Of a stretch of DNA of 64,000 nt, positions 37,501 through 51,668 are shown in pieces. The notes under the pieces were generated by a model. The model saw nothing but the letters and a program-made list of their open reading frames with translations. It did no database searches and was not told where the DNA came from. The stretch comes from Glycera tridactyla. Taxonomy: Eukaryota. The stretch lies in NCBI GenBank assembly GCA_965644265.1, contig OZ286461.1, positions 36,456,001-36,520,000 of the forward strand. The letters are read 5' to 3'. The translations under genes were made by a program, and so were the position numbers. Position 1 is the stretch's first letter; each line of letters begins with the position of its first letter.

Positions 37501-38503
37501 TTGGTTCAATGGCGTCTAGGTGTTGTTCGAGTAAATACCAGCGCCGGCCCGCTTCCCGGCTTAACAATCAGTGTTTATGGTGGCTTTCAGGGGCCAGATT
37601 TACTCTTAATACCTCATCATTGACTGCTCACTTACCCGCAATGTGTTGAACATCAACAACATCAACACACACTCAAATACTAATACCGTTTTGTCGAGTT
37701 TAAATACGAAATCAAAGCAAATTACCTCCTTGGGATAGGCTCTGGTCAAATATATACAGTCGGGATGTCTATAGCTAACCCTATCATACCTTTAGCTGAA
37801 CATTCACCGGAATGTTGATTTTTTTTGGAGAAATTGTCATCAATGATGTTGATTGCTTCACAGAGATTGGCCTGATTTACTGTGTACTGGATTCTTTGTT
37901 TTACTCATTCGATATAGTCCTTCAGCATAGTCATACTAGTACTACAGGGCGGTGCGTATTTGTACTTCCTTTCATTGATGTGTACTTAAACTTTGCTATT
38001 CCTTACGTAAAAAGTTTGTTCACAGGAAAACGGAAGTGTCTGGATGGGTATATAATTCTCTGTGCATAACACCTATTCATAACGAGAGACCGCATGAAAG
38101 AATGGCGGAGGTGATGAAATCTTTATGTCAACACTCTGACAAGCAATGTTTAGTTAGTACACCACAGCGTCTCTATTCGAGGTCTTCCGCTGTTTTGGAG
38201 CAGGTGTTATAACAGGGAAAAAATCTGATAGCGAACATGACATCATCCAAAGCCGAGGTGATTCATATCATAAAAAATTGAGACATGAGCAAACAAGAGA
38301 AGGCATTCAATAATGGCGCACCTATGGTATGTAGGTCTCTAAACCGTCCAGGTTTTTTTATATCACATTTTGAAATGACATCGTCTAACATTTGATGACT
38401 GAGTGATCGAATGAGAGTGGTTGATTGATTGGATAGTTACCCTTTCGACTGACTAATCGATGGTTTGGTTGGTCAGTCAACGTACGTCATCAATGACTGT
38501 ATA

Positions 38504-38687
38504 CAGTGATGCCAATGGGATGAAGCTGAATTTTCGGAAATATGAGAATATTTTCTGAAACTACCCCCATCATATCATCAAAAGTATTTATTTTGAAACT
38601 CCCGAGCAGATTATAGCAATTTCGGAAATTATCATTTTTCATCCAATTTTCGGATTTCCGAAAATTTTAGGAAAATTGGCACCACTG
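38504..38687. mobile_element. MITE family A, copy 2 (184 bp)
   Basis: TIRs CAGTGATGCCAAT / ATTGGCACCACTG, flanked on both sides by TGTATA; colinear with 18895-19077. Confidence 0.85.
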
Positions 38688-39284
38688 TGTATATGCCTTT
38701 CTGATTGTAAGTGTCATTAGACATGGTGAACAGAGCCGCGGGTGAGTTGCGAATGATGGTGAGTCTAAATGGACACTGCAATTACAGTTAAATATAGCCA
38801 CATCCCGTATGACTTATGGTACACACATTCTAATAGACAACGCCGTCAAAAGACATAGGTTGATGAACTCCATCAGTGACATTATTGCGCGACGGATACA
38901 ATTGGCTGCGACACTGGATGGTGCAATTTATCAATTCACGTGTTGGTTTTAGTGTGAATATCTCAGGTAAAATGAGTTATGAGAGTTTCACACGCCATGG
39001 AAGTATTATGCGTGTGTCGATCTTCAAGGAGTCCAAGTTTTCTTTTGATTTCCTGCACTCGACAAGCTACAACCTCCCGTGCCTGGCAGCGATGCTCTCT
39101 TCTGAGGAACAAGACTATCAGAGCACAAAGAGTCGCCTCTTCCAATATAAATCAAACAACGAAAGCACAGACCTAATCGCTACACCACAAATTGATGGAT
39201 GGATGAATGGATGGATAGGTGGATGGGTGGATGAATTGGTTGATGTGGTAAATCGGTGGGCAAAACGGACAGGACGGACTGGTG

Positions 39285-39344
<60 letters not shown>

Positions 39345-40482
39345 GGAACAGAACAATAGAAAGCACATAACTGACAGACTGACACACAGACCGATAGACA
39401 GACGGTCTGTGAGGATGAACCGATCTTGTAATAGTTAGATCTTGATTTCTGACAGTATCTTGGCAGAGGCGATCATGCACTTGACATGACCTTCTCACCT
39501 GTAGGGTGCAGCATCTCATCCATGTCTATCAGCATCTTCCCCATGCCTTCTCCTCCCATCTGCAGCACCCATCCTTCTGTAGATGGAAGCTTATCTCTTG
39601 CTAATCAGGCTTTTCCCACCGGACCAGTTACTACCTCGTACACAATTTACACTTACTTCACATTCAACCGGCACATACATACACGGACCATACACATGCC
39701 TCACATCTCGCATCAACGCGAAAGGTAAACAGCCCCCAAAATGAAGAGAAAGAAAGACAGAAGGTATGGCCGATAGAAATACAGATAGAAAGAAAGAGAT
39801 ACAGAAATGAGAGCATAGATATTGAGGTGATGATGCCTCTGCTGGGGTATACACAGCGAGATAGATAGACACCCACAAGTAGCTAAGGCTGATAAATGAA
39901 TCGAAATTTGAGTAGATGGATGGATGGATTTGTGGACAGTTGGAAGGAGGTATGAATGGGTGGGTAGATTGATAGATAGATGGGTGGCTGCAGGGATGCA
40001 TGGATGAATGTATGGATGGTAGCATGGATGGATGGCGGGATAGATATTTGGTAATACAGATATACATCTACAGCCCGATCTATTGGCTGTCATATTGGGA
40101 TGTCAGACATATCACTTGCATAACACTTTGGAAAATGACTTGCATAACACCTTGGAAATATGTCGGAAGTGAACCCTCTTCCTAATGTATATATGATATA
40201 GTGACTAAATCATCTGCCCCTCAGCATCTTCACAAATCACCTGTTGGTTTTGTCGAACAACGTCGCTTGAAGGTGTCGGTAGACAGGGTCAGTGACCTTG
40301 AACCCACATTACATGACCTCGCTATGATCGGCAGAGGAGTGCAGCCAAAGTAAACTTGTAGGTCTCTTCTAGCCACACAATACATCTCATTGTGCACAAA
40401 GTCAAGTTAGATTGTGGGTTTCTGGCAAGAGACCGTGGGACACAATGTCGAGATCACATGATAACTTGAAATATAGCACATA

Positions 40483-40659
40483 CAGTAAAACCTGCTTGAG
40501 TGAAAACCTGCGCTAGGCGAAATCCTGTCTTAAGCACATACCCCAAGGTCTGCCCGGATGTTTTTTTCTCACTATAATTGTCCTGCGCTAAGCAAAATCC
40601 TCTCTTAAGTGGAAGAAAAATTTGGTCCCGTGACTTTTCACTTAAGACAGGTTTTACTG
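40483..40659. mobile_element. TA-flanked MITE (Tc1/mariner-pogo type), family B
   Basis: TA|CAGTAAAACCTG ... CAGGTTTTACTG|TA. Confidence 0.85.
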
Positions 40660-40706
40660 TATCTCATTCGACAGTGATTGTGCTTAAGGCCAGTCATATA
40701 GAAGTA

Positions 40707-40884
40707 CAGTCGAACCTCCTCTAAAGACCACCTCTCTATAAAGACCACCTCCCTAAAAATACCACCCTGATTTGCGACCGTGGTAGTATTTTCAACAGTG
40801 AATGACCTCCCTATAAAGACTCCCTCCTTATCAAGACCCCGTTTTGATGCGACCGAAGGCGGTCTTTATGGAGAGGTTCGACTG
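40707..40884. mobile_element. TA-flanked MITE (Tc1/mariner-pogo type), family C, copy 1
   Basis: TA|CAGTCGAACCT ... AGGTTCGACTG|TA, with internal AAAGACCACCT repeats. Confidence 0.85.
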
Positions 40885-43329
40885 TATGTGCAAACAAAGG
40901 TTTTCCATTTCATGACATGTAGGTGGAATTGTGTTTGAATATTGACCCACCTCACGTCATTGTGCGATGGATATGTTTGGATTGAATGGGGTTTTCAGCA
41001 GAAATAATCTAGAACTCATGGATGTCTACTGAATATGTCATTCCAACTTTGAAATTGTGATGTGGTTAATGAATTATATATAAGTAAGTGGTAGGTAGCG
41101 AGGCTGGGTAATGACTTCTACGAAATTGTATTCAATCAGCATAGCCCATGGGACGGTGAGTGACTTTCTAGTGTCTGATTTTCTATAGTGATCAGTACTC
41201 ATGGGTAGCGTTTTGCTGTACAGCCATTGTTGTGGATGTTGATGCTCATGCTGGTGGTGATCATCATAATGTGCCAAGTAATTATCAATCCCACTCTTTC
41301 AGGCCAGGAGCAATCACTCAGACACGGGGTGAGCCAGATTTCGAAGCCAGAAATACCATCTGGCTATGTATTACTGGGGACAGCAGAGCCACTGCTGCAA
41401 CAATACATCAAACACTTAAACCGCAGCTAATCTCTATGCACATGGTGTTAATGCCAAGATGATGGGGTGTCCACTAAATCACGTCCTCCTGCATTACGTT
41501 AGGAGTATCTCCATCATTACATCATCTGATCAAGTGGTGTATGAAAGATGCAGGAAGCAGCGCCTTAGGCAGGTTCAGTATATAGCCTGCTCGTGTTGAA
41601 GATGAACAATGGTGTCAAAGATAGTAATGATAGCCGCGAGACATCCTCTCATCCATCAACAGCGACCTAAGTAAGCTTTCCTGAATCACCTCGCAGATAT
41701 AATACTGAACTATCACAAACAGATTGCTTCATTCAATAATATGCTCTATAAAACATGAAATAATCTCCCTCGATCGGGCTTTGATCCATGCGGCATGTGC
41801 AGTTTAGAACAAGTCAGCGAGAAAGAGCCTTTTTCACATTTCTGTTTTGCCCAGGCATGTTATCTTTCCACATAGAGAATTGTTACTAACTTCACTTACA
41901 GATTAGAGAATACATATCCAATACCATTCGTACTGGCGAGACAATTGCTAGACTAATGCTACAACGTAAATGTCTTCGGACAGCGGCCAAGAAAATGGAT
42001 TCTCCGTGATCTCAGCATCACCTCTGCACCATGCAGCGTGCCAGTTGTCAATTTAAAGGTTAGGGTTGTATTAGGCAACCGCTAGTGACACCATGAAAGA
42101 AGTATTGGCCTGGGGCAATGCGTAACCAAAGTATAATGACTTGTTTGATGACCAGTGGCGAGTAGGCGGCACAGGCACAGGTGAGCTGGCTTAAACAATG
42201 ACTCAACAAGATGGATGACCAGATTACAACCGGCCCCGTCTTTCCGATGACCTACTCCATCAAGAACTCATTTACCTCAATTGCTTTTCATGATCCACCA
42301 TCGCTTTGAGAGCCGCCATCTTGAATCGTCACCTGGATAAATGCTAGATATTGCTGGACAGAAACAGTAATGGCTCAAATTTCCATGATCGACATTTCCA
42401 ATAGTTGCGATAGAAACAGCAAACCTTTATGTGACGTTATGTCGTGAAAATATAAGAATGTCGACCCAAATGCGGTGCTGGTAATTTCAATGGCGTGTGG
42501 ATTGATATTTCCAAGAAAGTTTATTCTGTGTTTCAGTAGCAAAGTAATCATTAAACAATTGCTGGGTATTTTCAAGGGCATTTCACCTATTGGTCATTTA
42601 TACGTGGGAAATTATCAATCTACGTGGAAAAATTCAAATTGAATGTTAATGTTTGGAGTACCACCTAGTGGCAGTGGAAAGGTGTATATGATATGATTGT
42701 TGATTGACCACAAATACAGTCACTGTTTGTTAGCTGTAATGAATTCACCTAGAGACCTCTCGTTACTGAGCGCTAATGAAGTGGAAACTTTCTTTGTGGG
42801 CTGTCACACAATCACCTATTCTATACACACAGAAGCTTTCGTTATCTATCTGCCTACTCAACTGTGAATGTACTCAAGTCAATCAATCCGGACCGTCGCT
42901 TTCCACTTCCACATTAGGGAATGAGCTGCTGTATCTGTACTTAGACCGCACTCAAGGGGAACTGTTTAGTTCACATTGCTCTATATTCTCTCATAGCTAT
43001 CTCATCATCATCATTATCACCCTCACCATCACCGTCATCATTTATATCGTCGTCGTCGTCGTCATCGTCGTCGTCAACAAAAACAAAAACAACAATAACA
43101 CCACCATCACCATTACCATCATCATCACCGTCATCAATTTGCCTGCTCCACAGACTACTGCATTGCGAGTCTAACTGGCTACCTGCCTATCTGTCCGTTT
43201 TTCTGTGTGTTCGTCATTATGTCTGAGAGGACATTGGATGAGCAGTGAGTGGTCTCAAGATGGCTGCATTCATAAACTGAGAACATAGAACGTTGAAGAA
43301 TCTTGCACTATGGCCCATCACCACAGGTA

Positions 43330-43790
43330 GGAGAGAATTATTACAGCGGGATGCTAGATCTGATAATCGCAAGTCGACTCTGGGAGTCAAACAGATGGAT
43401 TATCACCCGTAATCCAGCATAGAATGAAAAGAATGCTGTATCATCTAGCAGTTTTCTCTGCTGAATCCATCAGGATGTGCTTGAGCGGGCATGGGAGGCA
43501 GTTACCTGGCAACCGAAAGACAGATGATCTCAGAGTTGCGGTGCCCACCTGTGTGCTCAATTGCTCAGCCGGAGGCTAACATAGCACTCCGATCTCAGAT
43601 AGGCCAGATACATAGGCTTACCAGCAGTATGTGTGTAGTACTGGATGGAGGGGGCTATGATCATCGTTGGCTGGAGTGGAATCTACAGGTGCTGACCTCC
43701 GGCAGAGCTCTACTTTGAAGCCAGTTACGACCAGCCTCCATCTCCAGCAGATGTTGCAGATGAGGGATGCTGGGCGAGCAATATGTTGTC
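43330..43790 (+). mobile_element. Possible decayed DIRS-type RT/RNase H fragment
   Basis: Broken frames NRKSTLGVKQ (cf. NxxKSxLxPxQ), LEWNLQVLTSGRALL (cf. LxWWxxxLxxGxxL) and ADVADEGCWA (cf. TDASxxGWGA) in order. Weak evidence. Confidence 0.3.
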
Positions 43791-44829
43791 AATCATAATC
43801 ATGGTGGGCCTCGACCAGTACCTAGGCAAACCTTTCATTTATCTTTTTATCGCATTGCAGCTTTCGATTGAACTGTGCCATTTCTATTGCTACGTGCTAG
43901 ATTTGGTGAACAGGATGCGGCTGCATGAATATGCACCGCATTGTGCGTGCATGTTTGTGTGTGCCTCTGCGTGTTGGGAGGGTAGTCTGATAGGCTGATT
44001 AGGTGGACCACTGTAGTAATTATTCAAAAATTAAGACTGATGTAAGTAATCATTGTTTAATGGATGTGCATGCGTGTGTGTTTGTGTTTGTGTATTTATG
44101 AGTATGTACGCTTGACCAGGTGAAATTTGCTCGAATCCAAGATGTCAAAACATTGCACACTGATGCATATATAGACTTCCGTACTCATTATTATGAACTT
44201 TCCTGGATAGTAATTCCATGTGTCACACCATGATCATTGATGTCTACAATATTGAAGTAAATCAAGTCAAATGACAAAAAATACTATTCAGTTTGACGAA
44301 AAAGTCAATGGCCGCTGCTCCTCTGTGCAGGTGATACTCTGACCTCTGTAAAATAAAGGTAGATAGGATCGTATGATGGAATTTGCTAATCTAAATCCTG
44401 CAATCTGAGAAGTAGATATCTATCATATCGGTGATGAAACCTACATTTGATTCACTAGATAGATGTTTGGCGGCTGCGAATTTTTATCTTTATCGCTTCA
44501 ATAGCATTCCCATTTCTACAGATGAGCAACACATCCAACACATTGGCAGGTGACCTTTGACATTGACTTCTACCCACCCACTTGCCCCACGCTAGTAGAA
44601 GTCAAACTCCAAGCAATTCATGCGAACTCTATCTTGCTGTAAGTAGAAAGATGATGCAAGTTCCTTTGGAATCATATCCATCGAACCATAACTTCACCAT
44701 TTTCTTGAGAAATCACCAACAAAACATAAGGAAGATACTCATAGACCTGTAGGCAATTGCTGTACCAGCACGTGTGAATGCAAATGTGAATGCTGGTACC
44801 GGTATGTCATTCTCATCGTACGAGAATAT

Positions 44830-44930
44830 AAATTCAAATTCAAATTCAAATTCAAAAGAACTTTATTGTCATCTTATCACAGTAGTGACATCGATACTAT
44901 TTTCAATAAAGTATTACTACAGAACTTAAC
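44830..44930 (-). mobile_element. Short LINE-like 3' tail remnant
   Basis: Minus strand reads AATAAAGTTCTT followed by (TTGAAT)4. Confidence 0.4.
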
Positions 44931-47900
44931 TATCATTGATGTCTACAATATTGAAGCAAATCAAGTTAAATGAAAAAAAATACTATTCAGTTTAATGAAA
45001 AATAGAAATATAGAACTTAGCATGTACACTTTAACACGTTGTAGTATTTCTCAACAGTTATTGCTGTTGTTTGTAGCCGGGACGTAGTAGACATTCTGGT
45101 ATGTCCACTGGAGAATACACGTGTACACACGCGTGCTCAACGGATCCGGCTGTCTGAAACACATATCCGCTTCTGTTTGCTCGTCTATTACCGCTCTGGC
45201 ATCATCTAGGTGTTGCTTCATTGAGATGTGAAGACGGTGAGACACTGCCATGGGTGCATTATCATCACCGTCATCACCACCACGGCCACGGCCACGGCCA
45301 CGGCCACCACCACCACCACCACACCAACCACTGTCCCAGAAGAACCCCTATTTTGATTACACACATGGTATACTCCGCTAAGATATGGATTGTCGGGGTC
45401 ATAGAAACAAGGAAGCCTCTGTCAGAGGAACAGGAAGTCGTGCCCTCGACCAGCACTGATCCCGAACTCTGATAAACTTGGAACATCTACTGAAACCAGT
45501 ACCCAACCGACTGCACTGAATGAGTATACCAATATGACACGGGGAATTATATCGTATTGTGGGGAAGTTCACGATAATCTTTGTTTGCTAAACCCACCCG
45601 CACCACCATTATTATGATCTCCAGAGTGCCAACTACCTCTACCCGCAGCATAATAATTGTCGCTGTGTTTGATATCGTTGTCAGCAGCAAAGTTAGCCAG
45701 CAGCAGCTCTACCATAAACACCACCACTACCATCACCGCCACCATCACCATCACTACAAATGATATTCATACAAGATTATTTCAGTGGTCTAGATGGGGA
45801 AAATCCATCCAAGACTGACGATGGGGAGTATCGTTGAACCAGACCTCTTTGCCAAATAGTGTTTCCAGGGCAGCGTCCGACTGTGTCATAACTTGACGAA
45901 CGTGCACAATTTTATCCAGGTCAAAGGATGAGAGCATGATCCACACCTAGATGGATTGCTCCGTCACCTGAGAACTCATGGTCAAAGAAATGCTGTTCTG
46001 ATAAACAAGCATTGACAGTAAACTGCATATATGACCTTCATGGCATCTATTACCAGAGGCAGGAGCTCAGTTTCATCAGCAAAAAGTTGTCAATGAAAAT
46101 ATGCTCGTATCAGTGTCACAGAAAGAGGAGAAAAATAACGGCGATGAGGTTGTACAAACTGTGTTAGTTTTCCATCCCACCTTTGCTCTGTGCAGGTTCA
46201 TAGATCTACGCGTCAGTGTATTGCTTAATTTACTTTTGCCTCGGGCAGAATCACTGTAGCAAACCTTGTTGGGTACAGACGGGATTCAGGGCAGTATATA
46301 AACCGTGTATAATCTATACTATAAAAGAGGCATGTCACAGAATCAGGGAGTTGATTTTCCGCACCAACGAAGGGGAACAGGACGAGGGGAAGCCACACAA
46401 ACGATATCATGAACCCATTATGGACCCAGTCCCCTGCCTCCCAGATCTGCCAAATTCAAACTACATGAGCAGCGAATTCATGTCCCACTTACTCCGGTTT
46501 CGGAGGCAATTTCACAGAATTCAACAGAGGTAAAAAGAATGCCCTGTCTCATACGAAACTTTATACGGGATTTAATGTTTGTTGGAACTGAAGCAAAACG
46601 TAGACATAAAAACTAAGTGACTTGGTTAATACCTTGAGTCAACAGAACTTGGTACATCCTCCTGCTGCGAGTCGGCGGTCTTTGTGCGCTGCTTTAAACA
46701 AGTTAGCTTTTTTTTATACAGTTAGCTCCTATGATAATAGTTTTGCCACCCCCGACCCACAGAAGGAGTGCACCTGGGGAGTGAAATTGGTTGCGGGTGT
46801 GATAAGTGGTTATTTTTCTCCGGCTTAGTATTCTCGTAGGAATCACCTATAAGTTACCACAAAATACTGGAATATTTGACCTGTCGTATACATGCATTTT
46901 TCTTCATTGCATCAAATTTCAAAGTCTTGTCTGTCCATCTGACTGTCTCTCTGTCTGCCGTTCTTTCTGACTGTCTGTATGTCTGTCTATCGGTCTGTCT
47001 GTATGTCTATTCCTGCTTGCCGGGCAGTCAGTCAGGATGTTTGCCTGCCCGCCTGCCTGTCTGCCTCCCTGTCTGTNNNNNNNNNNNNNNNNNNNNNNNN
47101 NNNNNNNNNNNNNNNNNNNNNNNNNNNNNNNNNNNNNNNNNNNNNNNNNNNNNNNNNNNNNNNNNNNNNNNNNNNNNNNNNNNNNNNNNNNNNNNNNNNN
47201 NNNNNNNNNNNNNNNNNNCATCCTTATCTCCCCTCGTACTCCACCCTTCTCCACTGACACCTGGTTGCCATTCAACGCCATAGACTGCATGGTCGGAATA
47301 ACAAGCTTGACTTGATAAATTACTCTCAGTGTGGGTTCGGGCAGGGAGGCACGTGAAACCTGGGGTAGAGTAGGTAAAGGGTTCAGGATGCAGGAGATGA
47401 AGAGTGTTGGCTGGGATACCCAACGTCAAGGATGAGATAAATCACAGTGTCTAAGTCAGCTACCATGAACATCTAATTATATGCTTCAAAACAAGCTCAG
47501 AAAGTCGAGCGTTAGAAAATGTCCAAGTATGTTACACACAATGTACTCTAGTCCACCAAATTATTAACCCCTGTCTTCCGCGGGACACAAAATGTATATG
47601 ATAGAAGTATTAATGCTATCCAAATCATCTGGATGCTTGTTTCTGCTGAGATGATGATACAACTGCTGTCTTGTTCGAATCATTGAACTAGGGAGTAACT
47701 AACGTGAAACCCATAGCAACACAGTCCGATCAGGAACATAATTAACGATATGTATATTGTTCCGACGAAGGATGATATTCAATGAAGACATGACTTTAAT
47801 CATAGCGACAGATTTCATGATATGCCAGCCGCACCCCGTTACCTTGGATACGAATCGTCATCTCATCTTATCTAATCATTCGAGGTTTGTGTTCAGTGGA

Positions 47901-48907
47901 TGATATGAGAGCTTGTTCGTGTATCCCTGTTCACCGGCGGCAGAGTTACAGCTGGGGATCAAAATACAGGTGAAAGCAGACGCTTGGTCTACGCAGGTGG
48001 TCTCAGATTACGGGGGATTGTGTGCCAGCGTAGAATCTAAGTCATCATGTTACCACTGGACATGCGCGGGAGTGCTCAACTTCCAGCTGTACTGTCACTA
48101 CGTATACACCTATAATAAAAAGGTAGACATGTGATCATTGCCGTCGAAAGCAATTACCACTATTTTACCACAGCGTAAATATTGTCTGCTTTGGGTGTTG
48201 ATTACCTGTCTGCGATTAGAATGAAACTAACTTTAACAATACACAATTGGAATGTGCAATATTCATTCTCATATAACAACCGATTTCTCGTAGATTCGAA
48301 TCAGGATCTTCGATATAGCACCGAATGCCTAACCCGACAAGGCAGGAAAAACTTGGCTTGTGTGCTGAGCTATGTAGGCTGTCTATCTATCTATATGACG
48401 GTCTATCTATATGACGGTCTATCTATATGTCGGTCTATCTATATGTCNNNNNNNNNNNNNNNNNNNNNNNNNNNNNNNNNNNNNNNNNNNNNNNNNNNNN
48501 NNNNNNNNNNNNNNNNNNNNNNNNNNNNNNNNNNNNNNNNNNNNNNNNNNNNNNNNNNNNNNNNNNNNNNNNNNNNNNNNNNNNNNNNNNNNNNNNNNNN
48601 NNNNNNNNNNNNNNNNNNNNNNNNNNNNNNNNNNNNNNNNNNNNNNNNNNNNNNNNNNNNNNNNNNNNNNNNNNNNNNNNNNNNNNNNNNNNNNNNNNNN
48701 NNNNNNNNNNNNNNNNNNNNNNNNNNNNNNNNNNNNNNNNNNNNNNNNNNNNNNNNNNNNNNNNNNNNNNNNNNNNNNNNNNNNNNNNNNNNNNNNNNNN
48801 NNNNNNNNNNNNNNNNNNNNNNNNNNNNNNNNNNNNNNNNNNNNNNNNNNNNNNNCCCCTTTTCAATCTCCGTATTTCCATGTCTCTCTTTCGACGTTGC
48901 CCCAGCC

Positions 48908-48964
<57 letters not shown>

Positions 48965-50857
48965 CAACACAAACACACATGCGCGCATCCCCCATACGCC
49001 CATCAAGGCGTCCCCCGACTCCCCCCTCTCTCTCTCCCCTCCACACCTGCTGTCTTTAATAGCAGTCTAATATCATCTTCATCCCTGCAGCACTCTTTGT
49101 GTCTCATTCTCACCTGATCAGGGGATCGTTTCTCAGAACATTGAAAAGAGCTAACACAGATCCACTCATTTCCTGCGATATATGTTTCAAACAATAGAAA
49201 CTTAGTACACGTATCCCAGCTGGATTTTCACCACCCATCCCTTTGTGAATCTGGCCACAGGTGGCGCCCATGGCAACGGCAACAAAAGGATGCGTTACCT
49301 TTGATAGCAGCAACTACAGGGAATCTGTCGTGATGCATGATCTTTACCATGCCCCACCCCAACCGTTAACATCCCCTGCCAATCATGCATTAACCATTTC
49401 CTTGCATATTATATGCTATTCCCTACCCTTGTCAGATTTGTCGAAATAGAGAGATCAATAAAGTGATGTTCAATGTCTTTTCTATATCATCTTCATCTCT
49501 AAGTCAGGGTGTCAATTTCGGTGACCAGAATAAGTACTGCTGTTATTTTCAACGAGTAATGATGGTACTAATTGAAATGATCATCTAAGGCGGCCATGCC
49601 TTTCTTTGGGATATATTTGGCAAATAAATATTGCCAAAAGGATGATACTCATTACTTCAAAAGCATGAGTAAGAATGATACAGACGATCCTTCAGCTATA
49701 ATAGATTTAATTGGCATGGTTAGACCGTCAAAGCGCTTCTGATTCTGCATATTTAGAAGAGCTCTGTCTTACTGGATGTCAAAATAGGAAGCAGTGATGG
49801 GTATAACAACGTCAAATTTCTGCCTCCATCTGGATTCGATGTTTGAAACTTTTGATCTATTTACGGTACTTTTAAAAATCACACCTTTCATGTGAAAGGA
49901 CGTTGACGTACTACCGGCAGGATTGAGGTGAAAAAAATGTAAATAACCGGGACTAAAGGTTGCGGTGCGCTAAATGTCCGAGTTGCTACTTTCTACATCA
50001 GAAAGATCAGATCGGAAATTGAACGGTGCTGTTGTTCATTCTGGACTCAGTAGAACTCCAGCTGGAATGGACTATAATCGGCCGTCTTTCAACTCTAGAA
50101 GGTGGACCCCTTCGACCCCAACTTATGTAGTCGAATCACCTGTTTTTAAGTATACCCCGGAATATATATTCAGCTAAATGAAATGAATATGACAATTGGA
50201 GTTATATATATATATATTAACGGGCTTGCTATTGCACTTTGCTGTACAGAATTGAACCAGAGATTCAGTTTGTAGATTATTCATTGGGAATTTACAAGCA
50301 AAGGAAGAAGGGTTGAAGCATGAGGGTGCCTGGGGTGTCACCCTGTCGGAATTATTTACCGTCATTTTAATTCAGAACAGACGGCGATTTCGCACGAAGA
50401 GGCACGATGATCGCCGAAGACACGCGAAGTTTGCCGAAGCTCTGATTCAGATTGACAGGAAGGTCACGAGAGCCAGCGAGAGTCGGGGCGAGATCTACCG
50501 TCATGTGGTCGTTAGTGGGCTGCACTAGGGTGCGAGCTTCTACCCTGTTATAATCAGCACTGCAAGTCGTCCTTTCCCCACCTTAGATTAGGAACAGACC
50601 TCGTACATACCAAAGATCATAGCCTTTGGCACAGTCTGTTCGCTTAACCCAGTCTTCCCTTGAATCCAATGTAGATCAGGTCCAATAGAATGAATTTTAC
50701 TGTGTCGATCTCGCTCAAGTCCACGGAAAATGTGGATAGGATCTAAGGTTACTAACCAACATCTTTAAAGTTTTGAAATTTTGATTTTGATTAGTATCAT
50801 AATTTTGGATGTCCGAGTATCACGAGATGAGCTCCAGTATCTTGAACTTGATAAATA

Positions 50858-51034
50858 CAGTCGAACCTGTCAATAAAGACCGCCTTCAGTGGCATCAAAA
50901 AGCGGTCTTAATGGGCAGGTGGTCTTTATAGAGAGGTCATTTACTGTTGAAAATACTACCACGGTCACAGCTCAGGTGGTCCTTATAGAGAGGTGGTCTT
51001 TATAGAGAGGTGGTCTTTGGAACAGGTTTGACTG
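50858..51034. mobile_element. TA-flanked MITE family C, copy 2 (inverted relative to copy 1)
   Basis: TA|CAGTCGAACCTG ... CAGGTTTGACTG|TA; the interior is the reverse complement of 40707-40884. Confidence 0.85.
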
Positions 51035-51668
51035 TAGTCTAATTATCATGTTGAAAAAGAGCATTTCATTTATTCAGATCTTAATCGAACCGAATATTGG
51101 CAGTGACATTTCCAACTGAAACGGGGGAATTGAGGCAATCGGTTAATTGGGTTATCATTGAATACTTCAAAATATATATTCGGTGAGGTACACATATAAA
51201 ACCCATACCAAGCACCTCAAAATCATTCTAGAACTTAGACAAAAGTCCAGGTCAGGCGGGAAGCCGTGCATATAATTCTAGCGCCGACAAAGAACAAAAC
51301 AGAGTTCAGGTTACACCAGGAGCTAACATGGGGTGTGAAAGAGGCGGTGGCACGAATTAAAAAATCAAGCAGATTAATGCAGAAGCACGATCTCCTTTTG
51401 GTGACTAGAGCCGCATTACATGACGGTGAATAAATGAATGCCGACAGGTTTATGTGATGACGCGCGTCTGTATATATGCGTACGTTTGAAATTTCGCGTC
51501 ACGCCGGAGTATAAACAGAGATGGTGGGGGTTTCTGTGGAGTGAACCGTCTATACAGGCATGATACACACAATATGGGGTCAACCTTCCCCCTCTAATAG
51601 GATAATGCAATGTGCAGACTCACAACAATGTTTTCTGGCATGCCGATTTTCCATAAAAAGTGATCATT

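Noticed and set aside
45961-46010. EQHFFD on the minus strand as the missing HS3ST exon
   Set aside because: The flanking residues do not match HS3ST (no KKGGT upstream, no GLxWY downstream) and the frame stops soon after.
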